Shown one piece after another: positions 50,610-60,678 of a stretch of 64,000 bases of DNA. Each line of letters starts with the position of its first letter. Position 1 is the first letter of the stretch. This stretch comes from Shigella phage Sf19. A program made the translations under genes and the position numbers. Location: the sequence record MF327005; one strand, written 5' to 3'. The notes beneath the pieces are model-generated. The model was not told the DNA's origin. It searched no databases and was given only the letters and a program-made list of their open reading frames with translations.

Positions 50610-50800
50610 AATTCAATGTCAATAAGTTCCTGTGCAATACTTTTCAGATTCCCTTTCAAGAAAACCTTCTCACTACCAGAAAGAGAAGTGTTATCAATGA
50701 GTCTGTTCATTCTCTCAAACAACTTCTGCTTACGGTTCTTAATAGTCTCCTTTGAAGCATCTTTCATCATTGCCAGATGTGTTCTTCCACGGTGGCTCAT
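50591..50800 (-). CDS. hypothetical small protein
   Basis: 69 aa ORF. Confidence 0.4.
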   Translation of the reverse strand: MSHRGRTHLAMMKDASKETIKNRKQKLFERMNRLIDNTSLSGSEKVFLKGNLKSIAQELIDIEFWRHQK

Positions 50801-51015
50801 AGTAAACTCTCAATATCTACGTGCTCACCTTTTAAGTAGCCTGTCTTATCTTTTGCAATTTTCCCACCAGCAATAAAGATATCTACTTTACGCAGAACTT
50901 CAGGGTTTACCTTCAAATTTCTAGAACCACTGCAAAGAGCAATAAACATACCTTCAATCTCTTTTTGAGAATAACCTGCACACTGCAATTGTACTTCAAT
51001 CTCTGAAAGTGTCAT
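50797..51015 (-). CDS. hypothetical small protein
   Basis: 72 aa ORF. Confidence 0.4.
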   Translation of the reverse strand: MTLSEIEVQLQCAGYSQKEIEGMFIALCSGSRNLKVNPEVLRKVDIFIAGGKIAKDKTGYLKGEHVDIESLL

Positions 51016-51075
51016 ATGACCTCCTATACAAGATATAGTATAAGGTACTCTTCCATGAGCACCTTGTCAACACTA

Positions 51076-53775
51076 TTAGTGAACTTCCAGCCAGCTTTTA
51101 CCAACCTTACCAGCACCAGTTACAAGGGTATCTTTTTTAAGACCTAAGTTCTTAGAAGCTTGCCCGTAGTACCAGTCAGTTACTGCTTTGACTTCTGCTG
51201 TCATGCTCTCTGGACATTCCCAGCTTGTTTCATCGTGGTAAGCACAGAGTAGGCGAGCACCAATAGCTGGTTTACGACCATTCAGTTTCATTAACCCTTC
51301 ATCAATCATACGACGACAAGCAAGGTTGATTGCTTCATTCTGTACTTGTGCTTCTGAACCCATCAACAGATAGTTCAAAAGTTTATGTGGAGATTTACAC
51401 CACAACCAAGCACCAGCAACCTTAACAAAACCACCTTTAGCGATAGCAGCAGTTTTACCAAACACCTCTTCCAGTGCTTTCTTAGTAGCTTTAAAGTCGG
51501 CTTCTAAGTTGTCTAACAGTTTCTTAATCTTCGGCAAACGCACAAAGTAAGTCTGTTTAGTTAATGCACCTTCCTGAGTGGTAGCTGCTTTAATGGTCTT
51601 AGCAAACTTTTCATCACCTGCACCGAACAACAGTGCATAGATACCATTCTTAGCTTTCTTACGACCCTTACTAATTTCGTGAAGAAGATTTTCATCCTGA
51701 GTCATACGACAAGTCAAGATATCCTGCTCATCATTCAAACTAAAGTAGATACTGTTCAGTGTATGAGCATCAGTACCTGAGTAAACTACATACAGGTCAT
51801 TTTCATGGTCATAACGAAGATACTTGTCAACTTCAGGGTTCAAGTATTCATCAAAGTGTTTGCAATAGTAACGACCATCTTCTTGACGAACAAACTCAAT
51901 CTCTTCTTTACCTTCAGTTACAGCCTTTGTGAAATCCTTATCACCCATAAAGTTACAAAGAAGAACAAGCTGTGCAGAGTTCATATCTACAGAGACTACG
52001 TTTGTCCCTTCTTCACAAATCCAAACTGCCCTCATTGGTTCCCCATAAACGGCAGCACCAGAAGGTACGTTTACAATACCATACTGCGTCATACGTCCAG
52101 TAGATGTACCAAACACCATTGCACCAGCACTCAAACGACCATCTGGACGAATCTGGTTCAACCAGCCCTTTTCATCATCTTTTGAGTTCTCAATAGTTCT
52201 ACGTCGGTGCATCAAAGTATAGTACTTCGCAATCTTCTGTCCAAGCTCACCTTCGATTGTATCATAAGAAGATTCTGTAAGCTTTGGTGAAGTCCTAATC
52301 AAGCAAGGCTCAAGCACATCTGTGTACTTCTTAACAGACCAGTTATGCTCGATGTAATAGACACCTTCATGCTCAATATAGTTCAACCCACAACGTTCAA
52401 CCATCTCATCCCACTTAGGATGTTTGCGAATCATCTTTTTGTTATCTTTGAATCTGCAAACCTTAATAGGACGACCATCAGAATCTTTTTTATAGTTCCA
52501 ATCATCAGGAATCCAGCCAACGGATTTTAAGTAATCCTTCACCACAGCTACCTGAGTCATTCGTGAAACTTCAAACTCAATTGGTGTGAATGGTGCATCA
52601 ATCAAACCAGTGTAGCGACTAGACTCTAACTCAAAGTGGTTAACAACGTGAACATTGTAGTACTTCACAGTTTTCACAGTCTTAACTGGCTTCCAATCTT
52701 TACACTTCTTGCCAATCTTCTCATTCAGTTCATTACAAACTGCACGAGCATCTTTCATTGCTACAAAACCTTCAGGGTACTCTTCTTTTGTGACCGTGTT
52801 AGTTGGAGTGTAGCAGTTGCGTTTCTCAACATTAAAAATCTTTGTAGTTGGCTTACCATACGGCTTGATAGGGTACTGCTTCAACTCGCCTTCACGCATC
52901 TGTTCACGATACTTTGTCTTAGGGTACTTGGTAATCCTTTTTAAACCGTCAACGTGACCAAATGTATCTACATACTCATTCCAAGACTTGGCAAATTCTT
53001 CACCTGTGACTTTACCTTTTGTCTTAATAGTTGGTGGAAGGTGTGGTTCAACCTCAGCAGCCAACTCATTAGTTAACTTGTCAAGCTCTTTAACGTGGAA
53101 CTGCATAAGCTCTACATCAGCTTTCCAACCGTTGATAGCTTGCTGACTCATCCAGAAAGATGTTTCTTTAGCTCGCATGTAGGTTTCATAAGTGTCAACA
53201 CCACACTTCTTAAGCTTGAGGTACTCATTATCAAGAGCACGTTTAGTTTTGGCGTTAATCTTAATATCTTCTACAACACGAGTAAGAATCTCTGCATTCC
53301 AGACACCCCACTCTTCAATCTCTGGTTTACGGACACCTACACGAGCACCCCATGCAGCCAAACCATGAGCACCTTTGTAACCTTTTGGTGTAGGTCTATC
53401 CATCCACTGTACGCGAGATTGGATAAGTGAATCCTGAAAGAAGTCACCCCAAGGCTTACACTTAGGATTCTCAAAGTTCCACAGGTCAGGTGCAATGTGA
53501 TTAAACACCCACCAGTCATAACCAAGACCATTATGGATACAAAGACGTTTAGCTTTCAGTGCAAACTCAACCCCTTCACGCAGACCACCTTTGATGTACT
53601 TCGTGTACTTGTGACCAAGGATAGGCTCATCAGTGAACACCCACACAGCAGGTTCGTCACTGTCATCTTTATAGTCTGCGAAAGCCATTACGTGTGCTTT
53701 TGTAAACTCAAGGAGCAACCCATCAGTTTCTGTATCACCAACCAAATGTAATTTTTCGAAATCTACATTGTCCAT
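51076..53775 (-). CDS. DNA polymerase, family A, with 3'-5' exonuclease domain
   Basis: 899 aa; Exo I VGDTETDGL; motif B RKKAKNGIYALLFGAG; motif C YHDE. Confidence 0.9.
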   Translation of the reverse strand: MDNVDFEKLHLVGDTETDGLLLEFTKAHVMAFADYKDDSDEPAVWVFTDEPILGHKYTKYIKGGLREGVEFALKAKRLCIHNGLGYDWWVFNHIAPDLWNFENPKCKPWGDFFQDSLIQSRVQWMDRPTPKGYKGAHGLAAWGARVGVRKPEIEEWGVWNAEILTRVVEDIKINAKTKRALDNEYLKLKKCGVDTYETYMRAKETSFWMSQQAINGWKADVELMQFHVKELDKLTNELAAEVEPHLPPTIKTKGKVTGEEFAKSWNEYVDTFGHVDGLKRITKYPKTKYREQMREGELKQYPIKPYGKPTTKIFNVEKRNCYTPTNTVTKEEYPEGFVAMKDARAVCNELNEKIGKKCKDWKPVKTVKTVKYYNVHVVNHFELESSRYTGLIDAPFTPIEFEVSRMTQVAVVKDYLKSVGWIPDDWNYKKDSDGRPIKVCRFKDNKKMIRKHPKWDEMVERCGLNYIEHEGVYYIEHNWSVKKYTDVLEPCLIRTSPKLTESSYDTIEGELGQKIAKYYTLMHRRRTIENSKDDEKGWLNQIRPDGRLSAGAMVFGTSTGRMTQYGIVNVPSGAAVYGEPMRAVWICEEGTNVVSVDMNSAQLVLLCNFMGDKDFTKAVTEGKEEIEFVRQEDGRYYCKHFDEYLNPEVDKYLRYDHENDLYVVYSGTDAHTLNSIYFSLNDEQDILTCRMTQDENLLHEISKGRKKAKNGIYALLFGAGDEKFAKTIKAATTQEGALTKQTYFVRLPKIKKLLDNLEADFKATKKALEEVFGKTAAIAKGGFVKVAGAWLWCKSPHKLLNYLLMGSEAQVQNEAINLACRRMIDEGLMKLNGRKPAIGARLLCAYHDETSWECPESMTAEVKAVTDWYYGQASKNLGLKKDTLVTGAGKVGKSWLEVH

Positions 53776-54034
53776 TTTTACTCCCTCTCAAATCATTCTG
53801 GGTAATACCCTACAGCAATTTTCTGCAAAAAGCAAGTTGACAAACTGCTTGACAAGGTGTTAGTCTTTTCGAAGTGGGTTTTATCTTAATAGACTCCCTT
53901 TATAGATTAACTATACAGTTTCTTTAAAAGTCTTAAAAGATTTTTAATAGCTTTTAAAAAGCTTTAAAGTTATATGTATAACATACATAAAGATAAGAGA
54001 TTAAAATCTTTATAGATACTTAACAGAGGCAATC

Positions 54035-54475
54035 ATGCAGAGGATGTACGTTCACCCAGATATCAATAACCTTGTCCAAGCTTTAGAAAGAGTTGAAGCA
54101 CTTTACATCGAGGCTCAGAAGGAGTATGCTTATCAACATCGTCGAATGGTTGATGTTCAGCATGAGATAGAACTATCAAGTGGATACGACGAAGGTTTAA
54201 AGTGCTCGGTATTTGAGCACATGAAAGAGATATCTTCAGAAAGACGTAAAGCGAAAGACACAATCTTTTTGATAGATACCTTAAAAAATAAGTTGCAAAA
54301 TGGAACGGACTTAGATAGTCTATCCCAACTGCTTCAGGATGCAGAGAATACATGGGACAGAAATTACTTCCCACGGTCTGAAAAAGGACTTGACTTCTCT
54401 TCACAAGAAAGCTTAAGATTGTCACGACTTACTATTAACAAAATGAGAGAGATTAAAGATGAAAACTGTAAATGA
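54035..54475 (+). CDS. hypothetical protein
   Basis: 146 aa, first gene after divergent AT-rich region. Confidence 0.5.
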   Translation: MQRMYVHPDINNLVQALERVEALYIEAQKEYAYQHRRMVDVQHEIELSSGYDEGLKCSVFEHMKEISSERRKAKDTIFLIDTLKNKLQNGTDLDSLSQLLQDAENTWDRNYFPRSEKGLDFSSQESLRLSRLTINKMREIKDENCK

Positions 54476-55253
54476 GATTCTTGAAGAAAAAGGTATTGAC
54501 GAAGCATTCATGCTGAACACTGTTGAGACTCTTGCTATCATTATGCGTAGCAACTCACTGTCAGGAAAATTTATCCCTGAATCTCTGCGTGTTGTAGAAA
54601 ACGCTGTAGAGAATGACGAAGATTTCCGTAAAGAGGTTGAATACCTGCTGGCTAATAAGACTGATGCTCTGAAAACCATCCTCATTGGTGTTGATGCCTT
54701 TGCAACATACATCTTTGATGAAATGTATTCAGGTGGATACATCCAGATTACTGAGAAGGGTATTAAAGAGCTTGATAACATGAGTGATGAAGACCTTCTG
54801 AAAGCTATTTGTACGCCAGTTGCTGCTGTAATGGCATCACTAGAGAAGCGTATGAATGATAAGTCACCACGTTATGCAAAACTGGATTGGGGCTTTGATG
54901 AAGTATCTGACAAGGCAATTCAGTATGCTGATGAGACAATGAATAAGCTGTCAGAGATTACTAATGGTCTCTCTTTAGACCCTATTCAGGTTAAGGTAAC
55001 TTCACTGTTAAATGCTATCTTTAGCATCATGGGTATCCATGCTTTACTTGAAGTGTCAAAAATGTTAGAGTCTGACCCAAGCTTTGTAGAGAGCATTTCA
55101 CAAGGTGCTCATACAGCAGCACTCGGGGATGTATTTAGCCAAACTGGTGCAGCAGTTCTTAGCACCAAGATTGCAATCAACTTCGGTGAAGAGTTTGTTC
55201 AGCAGTTAGAAGCAATGTCTGAGCGTGAACTCACTGGTTCTAAACTACAATAA
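54459..55253 (+). CDS. hypothetical replication-region protein
   Basis: 264 aa ORF. Confidence 0.5.
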   Translation: MKTVNEILEEKGIDEAFMLNTVETLAIIMRSNSLSGKFIPESLRVVENAVENDEDFRKEVEYLLANKTDALKTILIGVDAFATYIFDEMYSGGYIQITEKGIKELDNMSDEDLLKAICTPVAAVMASLEKRMNDKSPRYAKLDWGFDEVSDKAIQYADETMNKLSEITNGLSLDPIQVKVTSLLNAIFSIMGIHALLEVSKMLESDPSFVESISQGAHTAALGDVFSQTGAAVLSTKIAINFGEEFVQQLEAMSERELTGSKLQ

Positions 55254-55268
55254 TTGTGGCATACCCTT

Positions 55269-55295
55269 AAGCCTCCTTAATTGGGGGCTTTTTAT
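55269..55295 (+). terminator. rho-independent terminator
   Basis: gcctcc-ttaatt-gggggc then ttttt. Confidence 0.55.
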
Positions 55296-55310
55296 TATGG
55301 AGTGAACGAT

Positions 55311-56051
55311 ATGAAAAGTGTTATTGCATTTACTGGAAAAGCTCGTTCTGGAAAGGATACATCTTGCAGCATTGTAAAAAATCTATTGAATGAGGCTGGA
55401 TACACTGTTAAAGTGTTTGCGTTTGCCGATAACTTAAAAGCAACTGCTGGATTTATCTTTGACTTGAACTGGCAAGACCTGTATGGTGATACGAAAGAAA
55501 CACCTAAAAAGTTTAGCTTAGATTTTGACAATCTTAACTCCCGTGTGGCATGGGCTTTCCAGCTAAACATGAAAAGTAAGGGCATCCATGAAGATGCAAA
55601 ACTTTGTGGGGAAATCACAGACAGGCTTATCAAAGAGTTAAAGAAAGTTGGTAAACCTACATTGCTTACAAAGCTTGGTTTGAAAAATGAATATATGATT
55701 TCCTCAAGACAAATACAGCAAGTCTGGGGTAGTGAGGTTATCCGTAAAATTCTTGGAGAGCGTTTCTGGATTACAGACTTGGCAGAACGTATTGAAAAAT
55801 TCTATGGTGATTGTGTTAAGAAAAGTCACATAGGTATTGCACTGATATGTGATTTAAGGTTTGATATTGAAGCTGAGTTCCTTCAAAGCTATGATAGCCA
55901 GATAATTGAGATTACAAGAAAAGATGCTATTCAGGTGGCTTCCCATAGCTCTGAACGTGGTATTTCCACTAACTTCTCTCGTGATATTATCCAGAATAAT
56001 GGAACGATGGAAGAATTAGAGAGTAAACTTAAAACCATTATCAATCTATAA
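55311..56051 (+). CDS. deoxynucleoside monophosphate kinase (T4 gp1-like)
   Basis: N-terminal MKSVIAFTGKARSGKDT P-loop resembles T4 dNMP kinase; ATG with GGAGTG RBS (track start 55281 is TTG). Confidence 0.65.
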   Translation: MKSVIAFTGKARSGKDTSCSIVKNLLNEAGYTVKVFAFADNLKATAGFIFDLNWQDLYGDTKETPKKFSLDFDNLNSRVAWAFQLNMKSKGIHEDAKLCGEITDRLIKELKKVGKPTLLTKLGLKNEYMISSRQIQQVWGSEVIRKILGERFWITDLAERIEKFYGDCVKKSHIGIALICDLRFDIEAEFLQSYDSQIIEITRKDAIQVASHSSERGISTNFSRDIIQNNGTMEELESKLKTIINL

Positions 56052-56054
56052 AAG

Positions 56055-56255
56055 GTGTTGAAGATGAGAGAGAATAACTTTAAAGTAATTGACCACCGTA
56101 CAGTGGAACTCTCATCTCTTTCCAAAGAAGTTATGATGGAGCGACTTGAAAGGGTCGCTTCAAGAAGGAAAGAGATTGCAGAAGAAATCCATGAGCTTGA
56201 TAAGATTGAAAACGGTCTTAAGGCAGAACTACAACGAAGAGGTGTGAATGGCTAA
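56055..56255 (+). CDS. hypothetical small protein
   Basis: 66 aa ORF. Confidence 0.4.
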   Translation: MLKMRENNFKVIDHRTVELSSLSKEVMMERLERVASRRKEIAEEIHELDKIENGLKAELQRRGVNG

Positions 56256-58239
56256 ACAGAGAAAACTGAAAGATGCTGGAACATTTGTAGGTCACTGTGC
56301 ATGTCCACGCCATCAATGTTTATCTTCAGATGCAGGTTCTATATATCGTCATGATGACGGTTCATATTCAATGACATGTTTCAGTTGTGGAAAAGGTTTT
56401 CCAGAGTGGGATTTTGATAAAGGGCAGATTGTGAGTACTCATACTTCAGGTTCAGAGAATAAAAACCGTACATTTCGTGGTATGGATTTAGATGATGTGA
56501 AAGAAAACCTAGAAGCAATGGATTTAAAAGACAGGAAGATTCCTGCAAAAGTCCTTGAGCGTCTTGGTATTAAAGTTGATATTGATGATAACGGTGATAT
56601 TGATGCACATTTCTATCCAACATACAAAAAGGATGAAGATGGGAAGTTGCAACATGTAGGTTATCGTGTTCGTCACAAATATCCAGATGACTATCATAAA
56701 GAGCACTTACGTGGGAAGTTGAAAGATTTTTCTGGTGGTGTCGGAGATATTAAAGGTGAACTGGCTATGTTCGGTTCATGGATTGCTCCAGAAGGTGGTA
56801 ACCGTCTTTTCATCTGGGAAGGTGAGATGGAATGTGCTACAGCAATCTACATGACTTCTTTAGCAATTAAAGATAAGTCTAGACGTAAGAATTACTGCCA
56901 CGTTTCTGTACCATCTGGTGCTAATGTTAAGTCTATCAAAGAGAACTATCAGTATATTACTTCCTTTGATGAAATCTACCTGTGCTTTGATAATGATGAA
57001 GCAGGGGCTAAAGCAACTAAGGAAGCTGCTGGTATCTTACCTATTGAGAAAGTAAGACTGTTCCAGTATCCTGAAGGTATTAAAGACCTTAGTGAGTGGT
57101 GGACTAAGTTCTTCAAAGACAAAGATACAGTCTTAGAAGGATTTAAACAACGAATCTACAATGCACCTCGTTACTGTCCTGCTGGTATCAAGAACTTTGC
57201 AGACGGTTTCGATGCTATGAAGAATCGTGGTCAGATTCCTTTAATTCCTTTCCCAGATTCTTTCGGGGATTTGAATAAGCTGACTTATGGCGGGTATGGT
57301 TTAGGTGAAATTACAACCCTTGCTGCACCTTCATCTGTAGGTAAATCTGCATATACTCGTGAGATGATTTACAAAGCATGGAAAGATACCGAGTACAACA
57401 TTGGTGTGATTCCTGTAGAAGATACTTACGAAGAACTCATGGAAATGCTCTGTGCAATCCATCTTAGTAAGCAGATTTCAGAGATTCCTTACGATGAGCG
57501 TAATTGGGATGAGATTAAGGTTGCACATGCTGAGTTATCAAAAGGTCGTCGTATTCACATCGTAGACCACCAAGGGGCAATTGACCAAGATAACCTGCTG
57601 GAGTTTGTTGACTATCTGGTTAACAGTCTCGATTGTAAGATTATCATCCTTGACCCTATTACATTGGCACTGTCACGCTCTGATACAGATGAAGAAGAAG
57701 TTCTGTCTGAGTTACTTCGTCGCTGTAAGCGTTATCAGTATGCTCAGGTAAACGTATGTCACGTTCGTAAGAGTGCAGGTGGTCAAAAGGCCAACTCTGA
57801 AGGTGGTGATATTTCTGAAGAAGATATCAAGGGTTCTGGTGCATACTTCCAGATTTCCATGAACAACATTTTGCTTATGCGTAACAAGGTTGACCCAGAC
57901 CCTGTTAAAAAGAACTTGACAAAAATCAAGCTAACGAAGTGTCGTCGTCATGGTAAATCAACTGGTATTGCTGGTCACACTTGGTACAATCCAGATACAG
58001 GCCGTCTTGTAAAGGCTGCTGGATGCGGTGTTGATATTGATGGTGCAGCAGAGAATATTCGTCAGCAGTTTGGTATTGGTGAGGCTGAAGACCATTACGA
58101 TGACTCTATGCCACACTATGAAGATGTTGATTTTGACCGTGAATCTGGAGAGATTTACACACAAGAGCAACGTGAAAGCTCCACCATTCCACCTGTGATT
58201 AACGAGGATAATGATGACTGTCCGTTCGAAACTGATTGA
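56248..58239 (+). CDS. bifunctional DNA primase-helicase (T7 gp4-like)
   Basis: 663 aa; N-terminal Cys4 zinc ribbon, TOPRIM acidic motifs (WEGEMECA, FDNDEAG), helicase Walker A AAPSSVGKSAYT. Confidence 0.85.
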   Translation: MAKQRKLKDAGTFVGHCACPRHQCLSSDAGSIYRHDDGSYSMTCFSCGKGFPEWDFDKGQIVSTHTSGSENKNRTFRGMDLDDVKENLEAMDLKDRKIPAKVLERLGIKVDIDDNGDIDAHFYPTYKKDEDGKLQHVGYRVRHKYPDDYHKEHLRGKLKDFSGGVGDIKGELAMFGSWIAPEGGNRLFIWEGEMECATAIYMTSLAIKDKSRRKNYCHVSVPSGANVKSIKENYQYITSFDEIYLCFDNDEAGAKATKEAAGILPIEKVRLFQYPEGIKDLSEWWTKFFKDKDTVLEGFKQRIYNAPRYCPAGIKNFADGFDAMKNRGQIPLIPFPDSFGDLNKLTYGGYGLGEITTLAAPSSVGKSAYTREMIYKAWKDTEYNIGVIPVEDTYEELMEMLCAIHLSKQISEIPYDERNWDEIKVAHAELSKGRRIHIVDHQGAIDQDNLLEFVDYLVNSLDCKIIILDPITLALSRSDTDEEEVLSELLRRCKRYQYAQVNVCHVRKSAGGQKANSEGGDISEEDIKGSGAYFQISMNNILLMRNKVDPDPVKKNLTKIKLTKCRRHGKSTGIAGHTWYNPDTGRLVKAAGCGVDIDGAAENIRQQFGIGEAEDHYDDSMPHYEDVDFDRESGEIYTQEQRESSTIPPVINEDNDDCPFETD

Positions 58240-58492
58240 TAGTTATCTGAAGGAGGGTTTTGAACCCTTCTATTCAGAAGAAAGCAGAGAAAAATTTGTA
58301 AAAGAGTGCTTGACTAAGATAGAGCAGTTCGGTAAAGTACTCATCAACAAGGGACATGAAGTAAAGTTTGAACACTTATCAAAAGATAATGTTGAGCAGT
58401 TTGCATTAGCGATTGATGGTTTATCTACAGTTTACATCTTTACCTTGACTAATAAACATTTTGAATATGAAATATATCGGAGAGATTCATGA
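58211..58492 (+). CDS. hypothetical protein
   Basis: 93 aa ORF. Confidence 0.45.
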   Translation: MMTVRSKLIDSYLKEGFEPFYSEESREKFVKECLTKIEQFGKVLINKGHEVKFEHLSKDNVEQFALAIDGLSTVYIFTLTNKHFEYEIYRRDS

Positions 58493-58626
58493 AACATTCT
58501 AAAGCATTCGAGAAAGTATTTGGCGATTCCATGAAAGCAACTGCTGGTAAATCTGCTGAACACTATGTACAGAAGCGAGTTCGTACAGGTAAGACGGCTC
58601 GTAAAGCAGCTAAGAAATCTGCTTAA
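58489..58626 (+). CDS. small basic Lys/Ala-rich protein (not in ORF track, <60 aa)
   Basis: 45 aa; ATGA start-stop overlap with upstream ORF; hand translation. Confidence 0.3.
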   Translation: MKHSKAFEKVFGDSMKATAGKSAEHYVQKRVRTGKTARKAAKKSA

Positions 58627-58631
58627 AGTGT

Positions 58632-58660
58632 TTGACAAGGGAGTACGAAGTCTGTAAGAT
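58632..58660 (+). promoter_or_regulatory. sigma70-like promoter (TTGACA-17-TAAGAT) overlapping 7 bp inverted repeat
   Basis: tTTGACAagggagtacgaagtctgTAAGATtgtactcc; GGAGTAC...GTACTCC palindrome spans the spacer and -10. Confidence 0.5.
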
Positions 58661-58711
58661 TGTACTCCTTGATAGTTGAGTTGGAAGTTAATTTGAGAAA
58701 GAGGTATTAAA

Positions 58712-59575
58712 ATGTCTAAAGTTGTTAAAATGAAAGCTCCGGTAGAGAAGTACAATGGTCAAGAACGTGAGACTCTGCGTTACCTGCTGAAAGATGTTTG
58801 GTTCTATTACCTGAACACTATTCCACGCCCTCAAAAGGGTAAATCTGTGGATAAGCATTTTCCGGGCAAAGATTGTAACTACAGCGTTTCAATTCTGGCA
58901 AAAGATGGTAACAAGCTCTTTAAAGAGTTCACCAAGTCTAAAAAGAGTCCTGAAGGTTGGGATAAAGTTACTACAGAGGCTGTTGATGCAGATGACTTCG
59001 AAGAGAAGTTTGGTTGTGAGCCTCCGTTTGAAGCTGACACCTATCACATCCTGAAGGTTAGCCGTTCAGCAGCATATAAAGATGGTGCTGTGTGGTCAGC
59101 AAAACAGAGTTTCCCTGTAATGCTGGTTGAAGAAATCAACGGTAAGCGTGTTGCAGTTAAGCAGCCTATGAAGAAAATCAAGGCAGCAAAATCTGATAAG
59201 CACGATGATGATAAGACTTACGATGTAATTCATCCAGATATTGCAGTTGGTAACGGTTCATTTGGTAGTGTGATTCTGGCGACTCACTTCTACACATTTG
59301 AAGGTAACGTTCTGACCAAGCCAATTCAGGAACAATTTATCATTGATACTCTGGTTCCTTACACTGGTGGTACTGGTGGTGCTACTGAGACTGAACTGGA
59401 TGAAGATGAACTGGCAATGCTTGGTCTTGCAGGTGTTGAAGACAACGGTGAAATCACTGAAGAAGATGCAAAAGATTCTGGTGATGAAGGTAAAGGTGGT
59501 GATGACGACGATGACGACGACCTGCCAAACCCAGATGATGACGACGAAGATGATTTCGAAACTGACGACGAGTAA
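58712..59575 (+). CDS. single-stranded DNA-binding protein with acidic C-terminal tail
   Basis: 287 aa; C-terminus GGDDDDDDDLPNPDDDDEDDFETDDE; high-expression codon usage. Confidence 0.7.
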   Translation: MSKVVKMKAPVEKYNGQERETLRYLLKDVWFYYLNTIPRPQKGKSVDKHFPGKDCNYSVSILAKDGNKLFKEFTKSKKSPEGWDKVTTEAVDADDFEEKFGCEPPFEADTYHILKVSRSAAYKDGAVWSAKQSFPVMLVEEINGKRVAVKQPMKKIKAAKSDKHDDDKTYDVIHPDIAVGNGSFGSVILATHFYTFEGNVLTKPIQEQFIIDTLVPYTGGTGGATETELDEDELAMLGLAGVEDNGEITEEDAKDSGDEGKGGDDDDDDDLPNPDDDDEDDFETDDE

Positions 59576-59593
59576 TAGTCAGTAACTACTACA

Positions 59594-59622
59594 AAGCCCT
59601 GTACAGACGTATGGGGCTTTTT
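59594..59622 (+). terminator. rho-independent terminator after SSB gene
   Basis: agccc...gggct hairpin followed by ttttt. Confidence 0.55.
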
Positions 59623-59637
59623 CGTATGGAGAGTACA

Positions 59638-60678
59638 ATGGAACAATACACCTTAACAAAGCTCCCAGAGAGCGTTACACACGTCTTTATTGACTCTGAT
59701 AGCATTGCTTACAAAGGTGCTTGTGTAGTTGAAAAAGCAAAGTACAAGTATGTGAATAAAATCACTGCTGAAGAATCCGACGCTTTTGATAGTGCAAAAC
59801 TGGCAGCACAATGGCTGTCTGACCAAAGAGTTTTAACTGAAGAGTTAGGACTTGACTTTGATGAAGATGAATGGGAAAGACAGACTTGGAAGGAGGCTAA
59901 GAGTGAAGCTGAAGCAATTATGGCTACACAGCAAGTTCTTCAGGAGTGGTTGAAAGTCGTTGGTAAAGAACGCAAATGGATGGGTTACCTTACTGAGAAA
60001 GGTGTTCACAAACACAAGGATATCAAAGGTCTTGAACACCAATACCAAGGTAACAGAAAAGAAGCTGTAACACCTACACACCTAGTTGCTTGTCGTGAGT
60101 ATCTTCTGTCACGACCAGAGTTTAAGCTCCTAAAGGGGGGCTTCGAAGCAGACTCTATCGTTATTGCAAAAGCTGAGAAGATGGGTAAAAAAGCTGCTCT
60201 GATGAGTATTGATAAAGACCTTCGTCAAGCTGAAGGAACTTACTGTATTGATATGACTTACGAGAAAGCTCCATTAATTTTCATTGCAGATAATAACGTT
60301 GGTGAGATTTGGGATTGCCCTATCAAATCTAAACCGAAAGCTAAGAAGACAGTCGGAGTAGGTTTTAAATTCCTCTGCTATCAAGCTGTAGCAGGTGATA
60401 ATGCAGATAACTACTTCGGTTTAAAAGGTGCTGGTAAGGTTGCAGTGATGAATGCACTGGAAGGTAAAACTACCTACAAAGAGTGCTTAGACGCAATCTA
60501 TGAGCTTTATGCTAAGAAAGAGTCATACACCTATGAATCATGGGATGGTCAGATTGTGACAAGAACTCCACTAGAATTAATGGAGCAACACTTCTGGATT
60601 GCTTATCAAGAACGAAATCCTAAAGATGATTTTACGTTTAAAAAATACAATTGGGAGCCAGTTATGAATGAAGATTAA
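59638..60678 (+). CDS. 5'-3' exonuclease / flap endonuclease (FEN family)
   Basis: VFIDSDSIAYKGA, FEADSIVIAKAEK, GDNADNYFGLKGAGKVAV resemble FEN/RNase H-like nuclease motifs; GGAGAG RBS. Confidence 0.7.
   Translation: MEQYTLTKLPESVTHVFIDSDSIAYKGACVVEKAKYKYVNKITAEESDAFDSAKLAAQWLSDQRVLTEELGLDFDEDEWERQTWKEAKSEAEAIMATQQVLQEWLKVVGKERKWMGYLTEKGVHKHKDIKGLEHQYQGNRKEAVTPTHLVACREYLLSRPEFKLLKGGFEADSIVIAKAEKMGKKAALMSIDKDLRQAEGTYCIDMTYEKAPLIFIADNNVGEIWDCPIKSKPKAKKTVGVGFKFLCYQAVAGDNADNYFGLKGAGKVAVMNALEGKTTYKECLDAIYELYAKKESYTYESWDGQIVTRTPLELMEQHFWIAYQERNPKDDFTFKKYNWEPVMNED

Noticed and set aside
55281-55310. TTG start for the dNMP kinase ORF as given in the track
   Set aside because: It would begin inside the upstream terminator hairpin; ATG at 55311 with RBS aligns with the kinase P-loop N-terminus.
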